From: Scyliorhinus canicula
Taxonomy: Eukaryota
NCBI RefSeq assembly: GCF_902713615.1
Contig: NC_052160.1
Span: forward strand, 137,434,737-137,498,736
Length of the DNA: 64,000 nt
Direction: 5' to 3'
The position numbers and the translations under genes are program-made. Below the pieces are notes generated by a model. That model saw only the letters and a list, made by a program, of their open reading frames with translations. It had not been told where the DNA came from and ran no database searches. Position 1 is the first letter of the stretch, and each line of letters begins with the position of its first letter. Below are positions 47,601 through 59,600 of the stretch, in pieces.

Positions 47601-50600
47601 CGGGAGCCGGGGGGGGCTGGGATTCACGCCGGCCCCCGGCAATTCTCCGACACGGCGGGGGGGGGGGGGGGGGGGGGGGGGGGTCGGAGAATCCTGCCCC
47701 TGATGCTGGAAGTCCAGCCCCGATTCCCAATACCCACCATTCGTACCGGGGGTGGTGGTGAGAGGGCAGCACAGCTGGTTTGTACTTTGCATATCTGTGG
47801 TTCATGGAGGCAGTTTCACATTGAAAAGCAGCAATTTCCATTATTGGGGTTTCCAAATCATGATCCATGGGCTTCCTTCTGCTTGAATTAAAGGAAAAGG
47901 CTGCCTAAACGACCCATGTCCAAAAATCATCCATGGATGTAACGGCAGAAATTATCGAAAGGGGAAATAAAGGAGTAAATAGGGAATAAATAAATAGGAC
48001 CTTATATCATTGACATTTGCACTGGGGTTATAATTATGGGATTAGTGCTCCTTGACTGTTTCTACAACCTATCATTATAATGGGAAGCCTGTAAGTTCAC
48101 AGATTGATTGATAGCTGCAAGCGGTTATAAAGAGAACAGCTGTCCTTGATGTGCGGTCATGAATACATATGTTTGTTTTCAAAATGGATTAATTGCTTGA
48201 GGAAATGTTAGTTTTTATTTTAGATGAAGTACTTGAAGGGATTTTATTGTTGTCGACAAGTGTTTATTCAAATATAGTGAAATCTGCATTGGGCATTTAG
48301 ACCTTTATTTGACCTCATTTCATTATTACCCCTGAGGTCTGCCCATGGTGAAAGTGGGTGAGTTGGCATAGGGCTAAAATGGACCCTGATGATTGTGAGG
48401 GGCATGGGATGATATGAGTTGGCTCTAAGTTGGCATGGGGCAATAATAGGTTACGAGGATGGGTAAGGGGGCATGGAAAGGCACGAAGGTTATTCTGAGT
48501 TTGGGTATACTGCATGTGTTGACATGGGCGTTATGAGGTCCCATGGGGGTTTGGTAGAGGGCATTAAGTGGCATGAGGTGGCATGGGTGGACCATGGGAA
48601 ACGTGTTGGGGGTGAGAAGCTGTGAGGAGTGAGAGGTAGAGGGCTGCTTTTTGTTTCATTGTTTTAATGTAAGTGGGGCAAAGTCCCAGAGCACAGAGGC
48701 AGACCCTTTAAACAACCCATCCCTCTGCACCCAGCATCCTCTCTGGCAACCTGTGCACTGTCGCCAGAGGCTGTCATCCCAACTGCAGACAGCATTCATG
48801 ACCCCCCCACCCCCCCCACCCTTCCAGAACACAAATCTAAAGCTTTTTACATCCAGATCAGGTTTGCGGAGTTGGGAAGTGAATCAAGTAAACGTAAGAG
48901 GAAATTAGGAAAGGATAAGGAAACGGGATTCATTGCGGTGGGGAGGGGGGGATTTCGGAGAATCAGCAACAGGTTTAATTTCTCTCCTCTGAGCTGCAAA
49001 ATTCTAACAGTCCAGTCAAAAGTCTCAAATTGCCTCGTCCCAAAGATTGGAGTGTTTTCTCCTCGCATAACAATGACTCCGGTTCTGAGATAGAGGGGAC
49101 TTCAACCTCTTTGAATTTTCCGCGGAACATGTTCACCAGTGGTTGAGCTGGGATCAGCAAAATGGGCAGAAGACAAGGAGAATTGCATTTTTGTTTTCCT
49201 GAGCCACAGGACGCACATTTACATCTGCAAAAAATCAGTCCGGCCCTCTGCTAATGTGGTCCATTGATTTGGCTGTCAGAGAGGAAGGCTGCCAGCTGTA
49301 GATTGAAATAAAGTTGTTTGCGCTGTGCAGCACTAAGGTACTGCTTTACTGGTACAAACGCTACCGGGTAGCCGAGGAGCCATGTGACCCTGCAGTTAAA
49401 TGTAAAACATCCCAGGGTGTTAGTCACAGATGAGGAAAATCCTGCTGTTGCCTTGGAAGGGTTTATTCCTCAACCATCCCCATCAGTTAAAAGGAAAGAT
49501 AATCTAGTGAATGTTTCAATGGTGTTTGTGGGGTTGTGTTGCATGCAAATTAACTTCTACATTTCCCTCTTTAACAACTGTGGCTTTACTTTAAGAAATT
49601 AGTTCATAGCCTACGAAACATTTTGGGATAGTGGATTGGATTGGATTGGATTTGTTTAGTGTCATGTGTACCGAGGGACAATGAAAAGTATTTTTCTGTG
49701 TGCAGCTCAAACAGATCATTTAGTACATGAAAAGAAAAGAAAATGCTTAACAGGGCAACACAAGGTACACAATGTAAATACTTAGACACCAGCATGGGGT
49801 GAAGCATACAGGAGTGTAGTATCAATCAGGGTCAGTCCATAAGAGGGTGATTTAGGAGTCTGGTAACAGCGGGGAAGAAGCTGTTTTTGAATCTGTTGTT
49901 GGGTGTTCTCAGACTAAGGCTATGAAAGGTGATGAATCAACGCAAGCTATTTCTTACATTTTGATGTTCACGGTAGCTGTGTACCACCAACTCTCAGATA
50001 CAGGAAAGAAAGTTAAATTAGCAATAGCCCATTGCCAGTGATCAGCAGCTTCTCAGTTGTGACCTGAGAGGGGGGAAATTGCACAGAGATCAATGATACC
50101 AACCAGGCTTTTCCTCAAGCACTGACGTTCCATTTCACAATGATACTCTCTCAGTTGACTACAAGTGAAAATGAGGTGAAGCTAAATGTTATTCTCTCGT
50201 TTCAACAGGACCTAAATATTCTTGTGAAGTTTCTTCAACGGAATCACCAGCATCAACACATTCCATGAGCAGAAGTTCCACGAGCAAACAAAGTGAATCT
50301 TCAGACTCCAAAAATGCTGAAAGGTACAATATTCTGGCAGTATGCTTTTCTGATTGGAGGGTTGTGACTAGTGGTGTTCCGCAGGGATCAGTGCTGGGAC
50401 CTTTGCTGTTCGTATTATATATAAATGATTTGGAGGAAAATATAACTGGTCTGATTAGTAAGGTTGCGGACGACACAAAGGTTGGTGGAATTGCGGATAG
50501 TGATGAGGACTGTCAGAGGATACAGCAGGATTTAGATCGTTTGGCGACTTGGGCGGAGAGGTGGCAGATGGAATTTAATCCGGACAAATGTGAGGTAATG

Positions 50601-53600
50601 CATTTTGGAGGGTCTAATGCAGGTAGGGAATATACAGTGAATGGTAGAACCCTCAAGAGTATTGACAGTCAGAGAGATCTTGGTGTACAGGTCCACAGGT
50701 CACTGAAAGGGGCAACACAGGTGGAGAAGGTAGTCAAGAAGGCATACGGCATGCGTGCATTTATTGGCCGGGGTATTGAGTCTAAGAATTGGCAAGTCAT
50801 GTTGCAGCTGTGTAGAACCTTAGTTAGGCCACACTTGGAGTATAGTGTTCAATTCTGGTCGCCACACTACCAGAAGGATGTGGAGGCTTTAGAGAGGGTG
50901 CAGAAGAGCTTTACCAGGATGCTGCCTGGTAGGGAGGGCATTAGCTATGAGGAGAGGTTGAATAAACTTGGTTTGTTCTCACAGCAACGAAGGAGGTTGA
51001 GGGGCGACCTGATAGAGGTCTACAAAATTATGAGGGGCATAGACAGAGAGGATAGTCAGAGGCTTTTTCCCAGGGTGGAGGAGTCAATTACTAGGAGGCA
51101 TAGGTTTAAGGTGCGAGGGGCAAGGTTTAGAGGAGATGTACGAGGCAAATGTTTTACACAGAGGGTACTGGGTGCCTGGAACGCGCTGCCAGAGGAGGTG
51201 GTGGAAGTAGGGACGATAGTGGCGTTTAAGGGGCATCTTGACAAATACATGCATAGGATGGGAATAGAGAGATACGGACCCTGGAAGTGTAGAAGATTTT
51301 AGTTTAGACGGGCAGCACGGTCTTGGAGGGCCGAAGGGCCTGTTCCTGTGCTGACTTTTCTTTGTTCTTTGTTCTCATTACTGCCATTATGAATGACACT
51401 GCTTCTATGTGAGGGGTCAAATGTTCTTTAACCATTTAGACCAAAGCAGAAAATGTTGTTCATTATTTCGGAAAGTAGCTCGCCAGAATTGAAATTCTAG
51501 CTGGGTTTATATGAAATGAAATTAAATGAAAATCGCTTATTGTCACAAGTAGGCTTCAATGAAGTTACTGTGAAAAGCCCCTAGTCGCCACATTCCGGCA
51601 CCTGTTTGGGGAGGCTGGTATAGAATTGAACCGTGCTGCTGGCCTGCCTAGGTCTGCTTTCAAAGCCAGCTAAACCAGCCCCTTATTGTGCCGTTGGATT
51701 AGCTTTTTGATAAAGGTGACATTTTTTGTTGTTGGAAAATACAAATAATGAGTGAGCATTTGTACAGTGTTGGCTCTCAGATGGTGCTTCTTGTATTGTT
51801 CATGTGGTTACTTCACTGCTAACCTATGCAGTGCGATGAGTTCTACTTCCATAGCTTAACTTGTTGGTAACGAAAACAGTGAGTGCTGGACAATGTCAGC
51901 CTCTGTGGAGGGAGAGGGGAGCGAGCGTTTTGAGTCTGCATAACTGCTTGTCAAAGAGTCGATACCTTGTCGTCATCCATGCTGACAGAGTAGTCGCTCT
52001 TCCGCTGGTGACAGGGAGATATTAGAGTGATTTGTCCACAGTCCTTGGAACCACTGGTAAATGAGAGACATCCAGCAGCGTTTTATTCCCCATATTATTG
52101 GGTCGGGTTGTCGACACTAAGCAGCAGAATTATACTTAGATGTGAACACCGAGGAATTGTGCCTGTGAAGTGACAATGGCAATACAGGGAAACCACCAAC
52201 TAAATGTCAAACAGGGACTGTTGGGAATGGATAACGGGCAAATCATCACCTGTGGTGATAATAGACAAATTTATGGTTTGGATGTGGACATTTGTTCGAA
52301 ATCTCTGTCCAATCCCGAACCTACACAGATGCATTCACCCCACACTGACCTGCTGAGTGTTTTCAGGAACCTCTGATTTTCATTCACATCTCTAGTACAT
52401 GCAGTGCACTTATTTCCAACCAGATAGAACGTAGAACAGTACAGCACAGAACAGGCCCTTCGCCCCTCTATGTTGTGCCGAGCCTTGTCCGAAATCAAGA
52501 TCAAGCTATCCCACTCCCTGCCATTCTGGAGTGCTCCATCTGCCTATCCAATAACCACTTGAAAGTTCCTAAAGTGTCCGACTCCACTATCACAGCAGGC
52601 AGTCCATTCCACACCCTAACCACTCTCTGAGTGAAGAACCTACCTCGGACATCCCTCCTATATCTCCCACCCTGAACCTTATAGTTATGCCCCCTTGTAA
52701 CAGCTGCATCCACCCGAGGAAATAGTCTCTGAACGTCCACTCTATCTATTCCCCTCATCATCTTATAAACCTCAATTAAGCCGTCTCTCATCCTCCTCCG
52801 CTTCAAACAGAAAAGCCCTAGCTCCCTCAACCTTTCCTCATAAGACCTATCCTGCAAACCAGGCAGCATCCTGGTAAATCTCCTTTGCACCCTTTCCAAT
52901 GCTTCCACATCCTTCCGATAGTGAGGTGACCAGAACTGCAGATTAACATTAATAATGTGAGAAGTATTCAAAGTGTATGGATTCCACTTTATGACATATC
53001 TCTATGTCTGTTCTGTTGTATAAATTTGACTCTGGCTATCATCTGAATGTAAAATCCATATATTGTATGAAACTGTTGTTGCATCTGTCTTTTTTAGGGG
53101 TGGCCAAATATTTTTCATTCTTTTTTTTAATTTAGTGAAATTTACTGAATTTATTGAGCAGAGCCCAGTGACAGCACACTCACCTGCTGTGTCCGAGGCT
53201 ATGGGCTCACTTCCCCTCCAGAGACTTCAGGTGCTCAGTGGCCAGCACTGACACGATGGGTCAAAGGGCCTCTTTTCCTGCTGTCTATGATGCTGTGCCT
53301 TGAGCACATTAACTCAGCTAACACTCCAGTGTGGTACTGAGGGAGTGCTTTGCTGTTAGAGTGTCCGCTCTTCAAATGTGATAAACCCAGGGCCCATCTA
53401 CTCTCTCACGTGGACGTAACAGATCATAGAATCATAGAATCCCTACAGTGCAGGAGAAAGCCATTCAGCCCATCAGGTCTGCACCGACTCACTGAAAGAG
53501 CACCCACCGAGGCCTACTCCCCCATCCTATCCCCTAATCTTCTGGACACCAAGAGGTAAATTTAGCGTGGCCAATCCGCTGAACCTGCACATCTTTGGGA

Positions 53601-56600
53601 GGAAACCGGAGCACCTATGCAGGCACTGGGAGAAGGTGCAAACTCCACACAGTCACCCAAAGGTGGAATTGAACCAGAGTCCCTGACGCTGAAGATGCTC
53701 AACAAGCCTGACAATCTCTGTGCAGAAAGGACAGAGCTAACGTTTCAAGCCGGGATGCCCCATTGCCGGAGCTTGAGGGAAACTAATTATTTGTTCACTT
53801 ATTTAATTGTAGTTCGTAGGAGCATGCAATGTGCAATTTAAATGCCACGTCTGCCACCTTACAACAGTTACTGTGTGTCAAAGGATTTAATTGTCGGTAA
53901 AGAGCTTCGGGATGTTCCGAGGTCATGAAAGCCACTTTATAAATGTCTTCCTTTAATTATTTCTTTAACCTAATGACCAAGGATCAATTGTGAACCCACA
54001 CTGACCCTTTCCTGTTCTCTGTATCACAGTCTGATTTACATTGTGCTCGGTGTGCTGGCCGCCATTCTCATCGTGTTTGTTGTTTCTCTACTTTTGTACC
54101 TGAAGATAAACAACAAGGGTGAGTTTCTATTTCTCTTCAATCATTTCATTACAGGTCCACAATTTGTCGCAGAATATAAAGAATTTCAAGTTTGTTGGAT
54201 GATTGTAGAATTCTCATTCTAGTTACGCGTATTGAAAATGGAGGCATAATCAAGTTGGGTATTGCTACCAAAAAGAGTCATGGAGCAGGATTCTCCCATC
54301 TGAGACCAAGACTCCTGGTGGGGGTGGGAGTGTTTTCTTCTGCAGAGGCTGACAGGAAACCATGCCACACCTTCCAGCCCCAAGATCGTTAATTATGCAG
54401 CCAGGGGCTTAGAATAATCTGTGGTGTGTGGGCAGGAGAGCCCCAATCCCCCATCAGATCTGAGTGCCATATTTAAATGGGTGCCCAGCATTACTGACCC
54501 GCCACGGAGGAAATAAGACGGACTTCCTGACCAAAGAGGGTAGACGTCCTGAAAAAGGTGGATCTCCGTGATCACTCGGAGGCTGGAAGATGGACCTCTC
54601 CGATGACACTGAAGATCCACCTGGTAGATACTGTGGAGTTACACACTCCGGGACTGCTGAGAATTCCATCCAAAGTTCTGGAGGCAGCCCCGGGCAACCT
54701 TCAGGTAAGTCCTGGTATCTGCGTGCCACATTGTCTCAGATATGTTCTGCACCGGCGTGTTTTGCCATTGGCGTTGTAGAGAATTGGGCATTTGAGGGGA
54801 TTTCAGTTGAGCTTTCATCTACATCCCATTAGCAAGGTACGATTCAGTTTCACATCCGCCGCCAATGCAATTCCCGAGCGGCCATGGCAGACTGCAGCTG
54901 AAGATCCCACAGGAAATTCACGCAAGTGTAAAACAGATTTTTGGGCCGGCTCTTGGAAAGAGCATCCGACCCAAGGTTAACACCTCCACCCTATCCCCAT
55001 AATCCAGTAACCCCACCCAACACTAAGGGCAATTGTGGACACTAAGGGCAATTTATCATGGCCAATCCACCTAACCTGCACATCTTTGGACTGTGGGAGG
55101 AAACCAGAGCACCCGGAGGAAACCCATGCACACACGGGGAGGATGTGCAGACTCCACACAGACAATGACCCAAGCCAGAATCGAACCTGGGACCCTGGAG
55201 CTGTGTAGCAATTGTGCTATCCACAATGCTACCGTGCTGCCCTACCAAACAACCTTTTTTTAAATTTAGAGTACCCAATTCATTTTTTTTCCAATTAAGG
55301 GGCAGTTTAGCATGGGTCAATCCACCTACATAGAACATAGAACAGTACAGCACAGAACAGGCCCTTCGGCCCTCAATGTTGTGCCGAGCCATGATCACCC
55401 TACTCAAACCCACGTATCCACCCTATACCCATAACCCAACAACCCCCCCCTTAACCTTACTTTTTTATTAGGACACTATGGGCAATTTAGCATGGCCAAT
55501 CCACCTAACCCGCACATCTTTGGACTGTGGGAGGAAACCGGAGCACCCGGACGAAACCCACGCACACAGGGGGAGGACGTGCAGACTCCACACAGACAGT
55601 GACGCAGCCGGGAATCGAACCTGGGACCCTGGGACCCTGGAGCTGTGAAGCATTTCTGCACATCTTTGGGTTGTGGGGGCTAAACCCGCACAAACATGGG
55701 GAGAATGTGCAAACTCCACACGGACAGTGACCCAGAGCCGGGATCGAACCTGGGACTTCAGCGCCGTGAGGCCGCAGTGCTAACCCACTGCGCTACCGTG
55801 CTGCCCCGTACCAAACAACTATTAATAATTAAGTTGTTACAGTTTTTGGGTAACAACAAATAAAACCTGAATTGTGTTTAGAATTAGAATGATGGCGGTG
55901 GATGGCAGAAAGTGATTCAGTCAAAATGAGACAAATCGGCTTTAGTCTTTCAACTGTAAGGCTGAAGTTTTGTGACGTGGCCATTTTAATTGGAAGTGTT
56001 GAGGATTTAATGTGCTAACCCGCTCCCATTTAGCCCGTCTGGGACAATGTGGCCTGTAGAAACCAGGACAGAAATTTCGTTTTCAACAGTATTAATTTGT
56101 AAGTCAGATAACCATTGTTGAAATGTTTACTGCTTTCTCAGGCTCTCTAGGTTCTCTCCAGAATTGAACACTGGTTCAGTTTTCCACTGAAACAGGCTCT
56201 GCTGATTTATTTGCTTTGCTGTTTCCTGAGCAAATGAATTTTCTTGCTGTAAAATATACAAGAACTGTCCCATCTCCAACTCCCACCATGGTGTCAACAG
56301 ACACTCTCGACTGAGGGCCCAATTTTAACTCAGTCTTAGTGGGATTTGAGTTGGTAAAAATTGGGTCCCTCATTTCCGTGATCAGGTGTTACTATACCTT
56401 CTAACAGTGGCACAACATAGCAGGAACTCATCTTCAGTCTTTAAGTCATTAAATCCTAAATGCACAGGGAGGTTAATGTTTACCTTCGCAACCTGGGCGT
56501 TAATTTGGCAGAGTGCTGCGTCAAAATCATTGGGATGAATATACGAGCAGCTCTGTCAGACGGTGAGAGTGAGCGTCATATGCTGGTGGTATGGTTGCTG

Positions 56601-59600
56601 CCGTCTAGTATACGTGGTATAGTGACCTATCGGGCGGGATTGTCCGACACCCCGCCAGGTGGGAGAATCGCCGGGGGTCGGCGTGAATCCCGCGCCCGCC
56701 GTCCTCCCAATACTCCCGCCCCCCCTAAAACCGGCATGGTGTGAGTCGCGCCACCTGCCTCGGAGAATGGCGGGGTCCGGCACGACTCAATGGGCCACGG
56801 GGCTGTCTGGATTCTCCGTCCTGCGATGGGCCAAAGTCCCGCCCGTTCTGTGCCAGTCCCACCGGCGTAAATTTGAGTTGGTCCCTTACCGGCGGGACCT
56901 GACAGCACGGGCGGGCTCCAGGGTTCATGGGGGGTCGCGGGGGGATCTGGCCCTGGGAGGTGCCCCCATGGTGGCCTGGCCCGTGGTCGGGGTCCACCGG
57001 CTGCGACGTGGGGGCACTCTATTCCTATGCGACGGCCGCGTAAGCCTCTGCGATGGCCTGCCCCGTAGGTGAACCCCATGTGCATGCGCGGGGATGACAT
57101 CTGCAGACGCTAACGCTCCCGCGCGTGTGCGGACCCCCACCGGTCGGCGGAGTCCCTTCGGCCCCGGCTTGTGTGGCGCGAAAGGCCTTCCACTCCGGCC
57201 GGCGGGGCGCAAACCACTCCGGGGAGGGCCTGGCCCCTGAAGGTGCGGAGGATCCCGCACCTTTGGGGCGCCACTCCGTCCCGCCGGGACCCCCCGCCCC
57301 GCCAGGTACGGGAGAATCCCGCCCATCTTATCGAGCGAGACTATTGTCTTCCTCTGGCACTTGCTTTTGTCAGAATATGGGAATAAAATGAAAATGAAAG
57401 AATTGGATGAAAGGAAAGGAAGGGCAGCACGGTAGCGTTGTGGATAGCACAATCGCTTCACAGCTCCAGGGTCCCAGGTTCGATTCCGGCTTGGGTCACT
57501 GTCTGTGCGGAGTCTGCACATCCTCCCTGTGTGTGTGTGGGTTTCCTCCGGGTGCTCCGGTTTCCTCCCACAGTCCAAAGATGTGCGGGTGAGGTGGATT
57601 GGCCATGATAAATTGCCCTTAGTATCCAAAATTGCCCGTACTGTTGGGTGGGGTTACTGGGTTATGGGGATAGGGTGGAGGTGTTGACCTTGAATAGGGG
57701 GTAGGGTGCTCTTTCCAAGAGCCGGTGCAGACTCGATGGGCCGAATGGCCTCCTTCTGCACTGTAAATTCTATGTAATCTATGTAATCTATGAAACTGAT
57801 GGGGATTCAGCTGCACTGAGGACTTTTGATATGCAGATTAGCCTAGTAGCAGGATATTTACTTAAGCAATGTGGAGAACAAGAGGGTACATAATTACAGG
57901 AGTTAAAGATAAAGAGGGTAGGAATTGAAAAGGAGAAATAAGAATGAATGTTGTACGGACATGCCAAATGCAAGACTTCTAAGACTGGTTGTTGAGATAA
58001 GACAAGATCAAAAGAGATAAACCATATATCAGTGGCAGTGTTAGTCCTATAATCTTTAATAATCTTTATTAGTGTCACAGGTAGGTTTACATTAACACTG
58101 CAATGAAGTCACTGTGAAAAGCCCTCACTCCGGTATACGGTACACAGTCTACAGTACACAGTTGCCGAACAGTTCACAAGTGACGGAGCTCACAGCCACA
58201 GCCACTAGAAGCAGAGTTCTCCCAAGAACAAGCTTTTGACCCGAGACAGCTACTTTAAACCCCAGAGGTTTTACTCTGAACAGGAAGAAAAGTTTCCCAA
58301 AGGAAAGATACAGGTCATGATTGTAACTAATGCTGCATTTGGTTACAGTGTTAAAACCAATGGGATTGTTTTGAGGAAGATATATTCTTGGAGTTTAAGA
58401 AAATAGATTTAGAACTGGAGTAATTCAAGTATACGGTGTGTAGCCATTATAGTAATTAATTGTCATTTTTTTTCTGTATTGTTACCTTTCTTGTTGGATG
58501 TTTTACAGTTTAATAAACATATTTTTATTTGCATGATTACAAGAAGACTGGATTTTTCCTCATTGGTTTTCATCTTGTTTTCCTTCAGGGATTTGGGTTA
58601 CCCTCACATTTAACACCAGTGGGGTTCTTAACATTTTTAATTGATTTATTAACACTATATGTAAGGTAGGTTACAGAGTAGGTATGTGATTTATTCACAC
58701 TATATGTAAGGTAGGTTACAGAGTAGGTATGTGTCTCCTACAGAGTGCAGAGTACAGAGTGTTCCTCCTCTCTCCTGGATTCTCCACTCCGCCCCGCCAC
58801 AATTCTGTTTCACCCTGCCAGCGGGAAGTTTCATTATGCCGGCTAGTCAATGGGGTTTCCCATTATGGGGCAGCTCCATGCTGTCGGGAAATCCCCAGGC
58901 TGCCGGCAAGATGGGGCATCCCTCTAGCGGAGAATCCAGTCCCTGATATCACAGATAAAACATGGCTTACATCACTCATTAGCATAGTTATTCGATTAAC
59001 CCACTACATTACAAACGCAAACTCTATTTGTCACTAATATAATAATCCGACCAATTTGTGATTCCATGTTGGGAATCATGGATGTGATGCAGATGAGTGT
59101 ATCTACATCAATGTAGGTCAATGGAAGATTGATCGATGGGACCTGGGTTCGATTCCTGGCTTGGGTCACTGTCTGTGCGGAGTCTACACATTCTCCACGT
59201 GTCTGCGTGGGTTTCCTCCATAAGTACCAAAAGATGTGCTTGTGAATTGGACATTCTGAATTCTCCCTCAGTGTACCCCAACAGGCGCCAGAGTGTGGCG
59301 ACTCGGGGATTTTCACAGTAACTTCAGCCTAATTGTAAGCCTACTTGTGACACTAATAAAGATAATTATTATAAGACTATTATTATATTTGAAACTCATG
59401 TTTAATTTAGAGATTTCAAACATATTAACCATTCCTGACACAGCTCTTTCAACAGTTACGTTGTCATTTTTCAGGTTCAATTGGCACCTTGTGTCATCGA
59501 AGAGACAAGACTCTTCGTGATGATCAGGTAAGGATAAATCAATTCATCCCCAAGGAAGGAATCAGGAATTCAAGAGAAACATCTTTACCCAGAGAGTGTC

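Noticed and set aside
58130-58620. Possible ERV-type LTR fragment (AATAAA ~58513, ends ttaaca) interrupting a SINE
   Set aside because: No clear TG start or TSD could be identified, so it is not supportable from the sequence alone.
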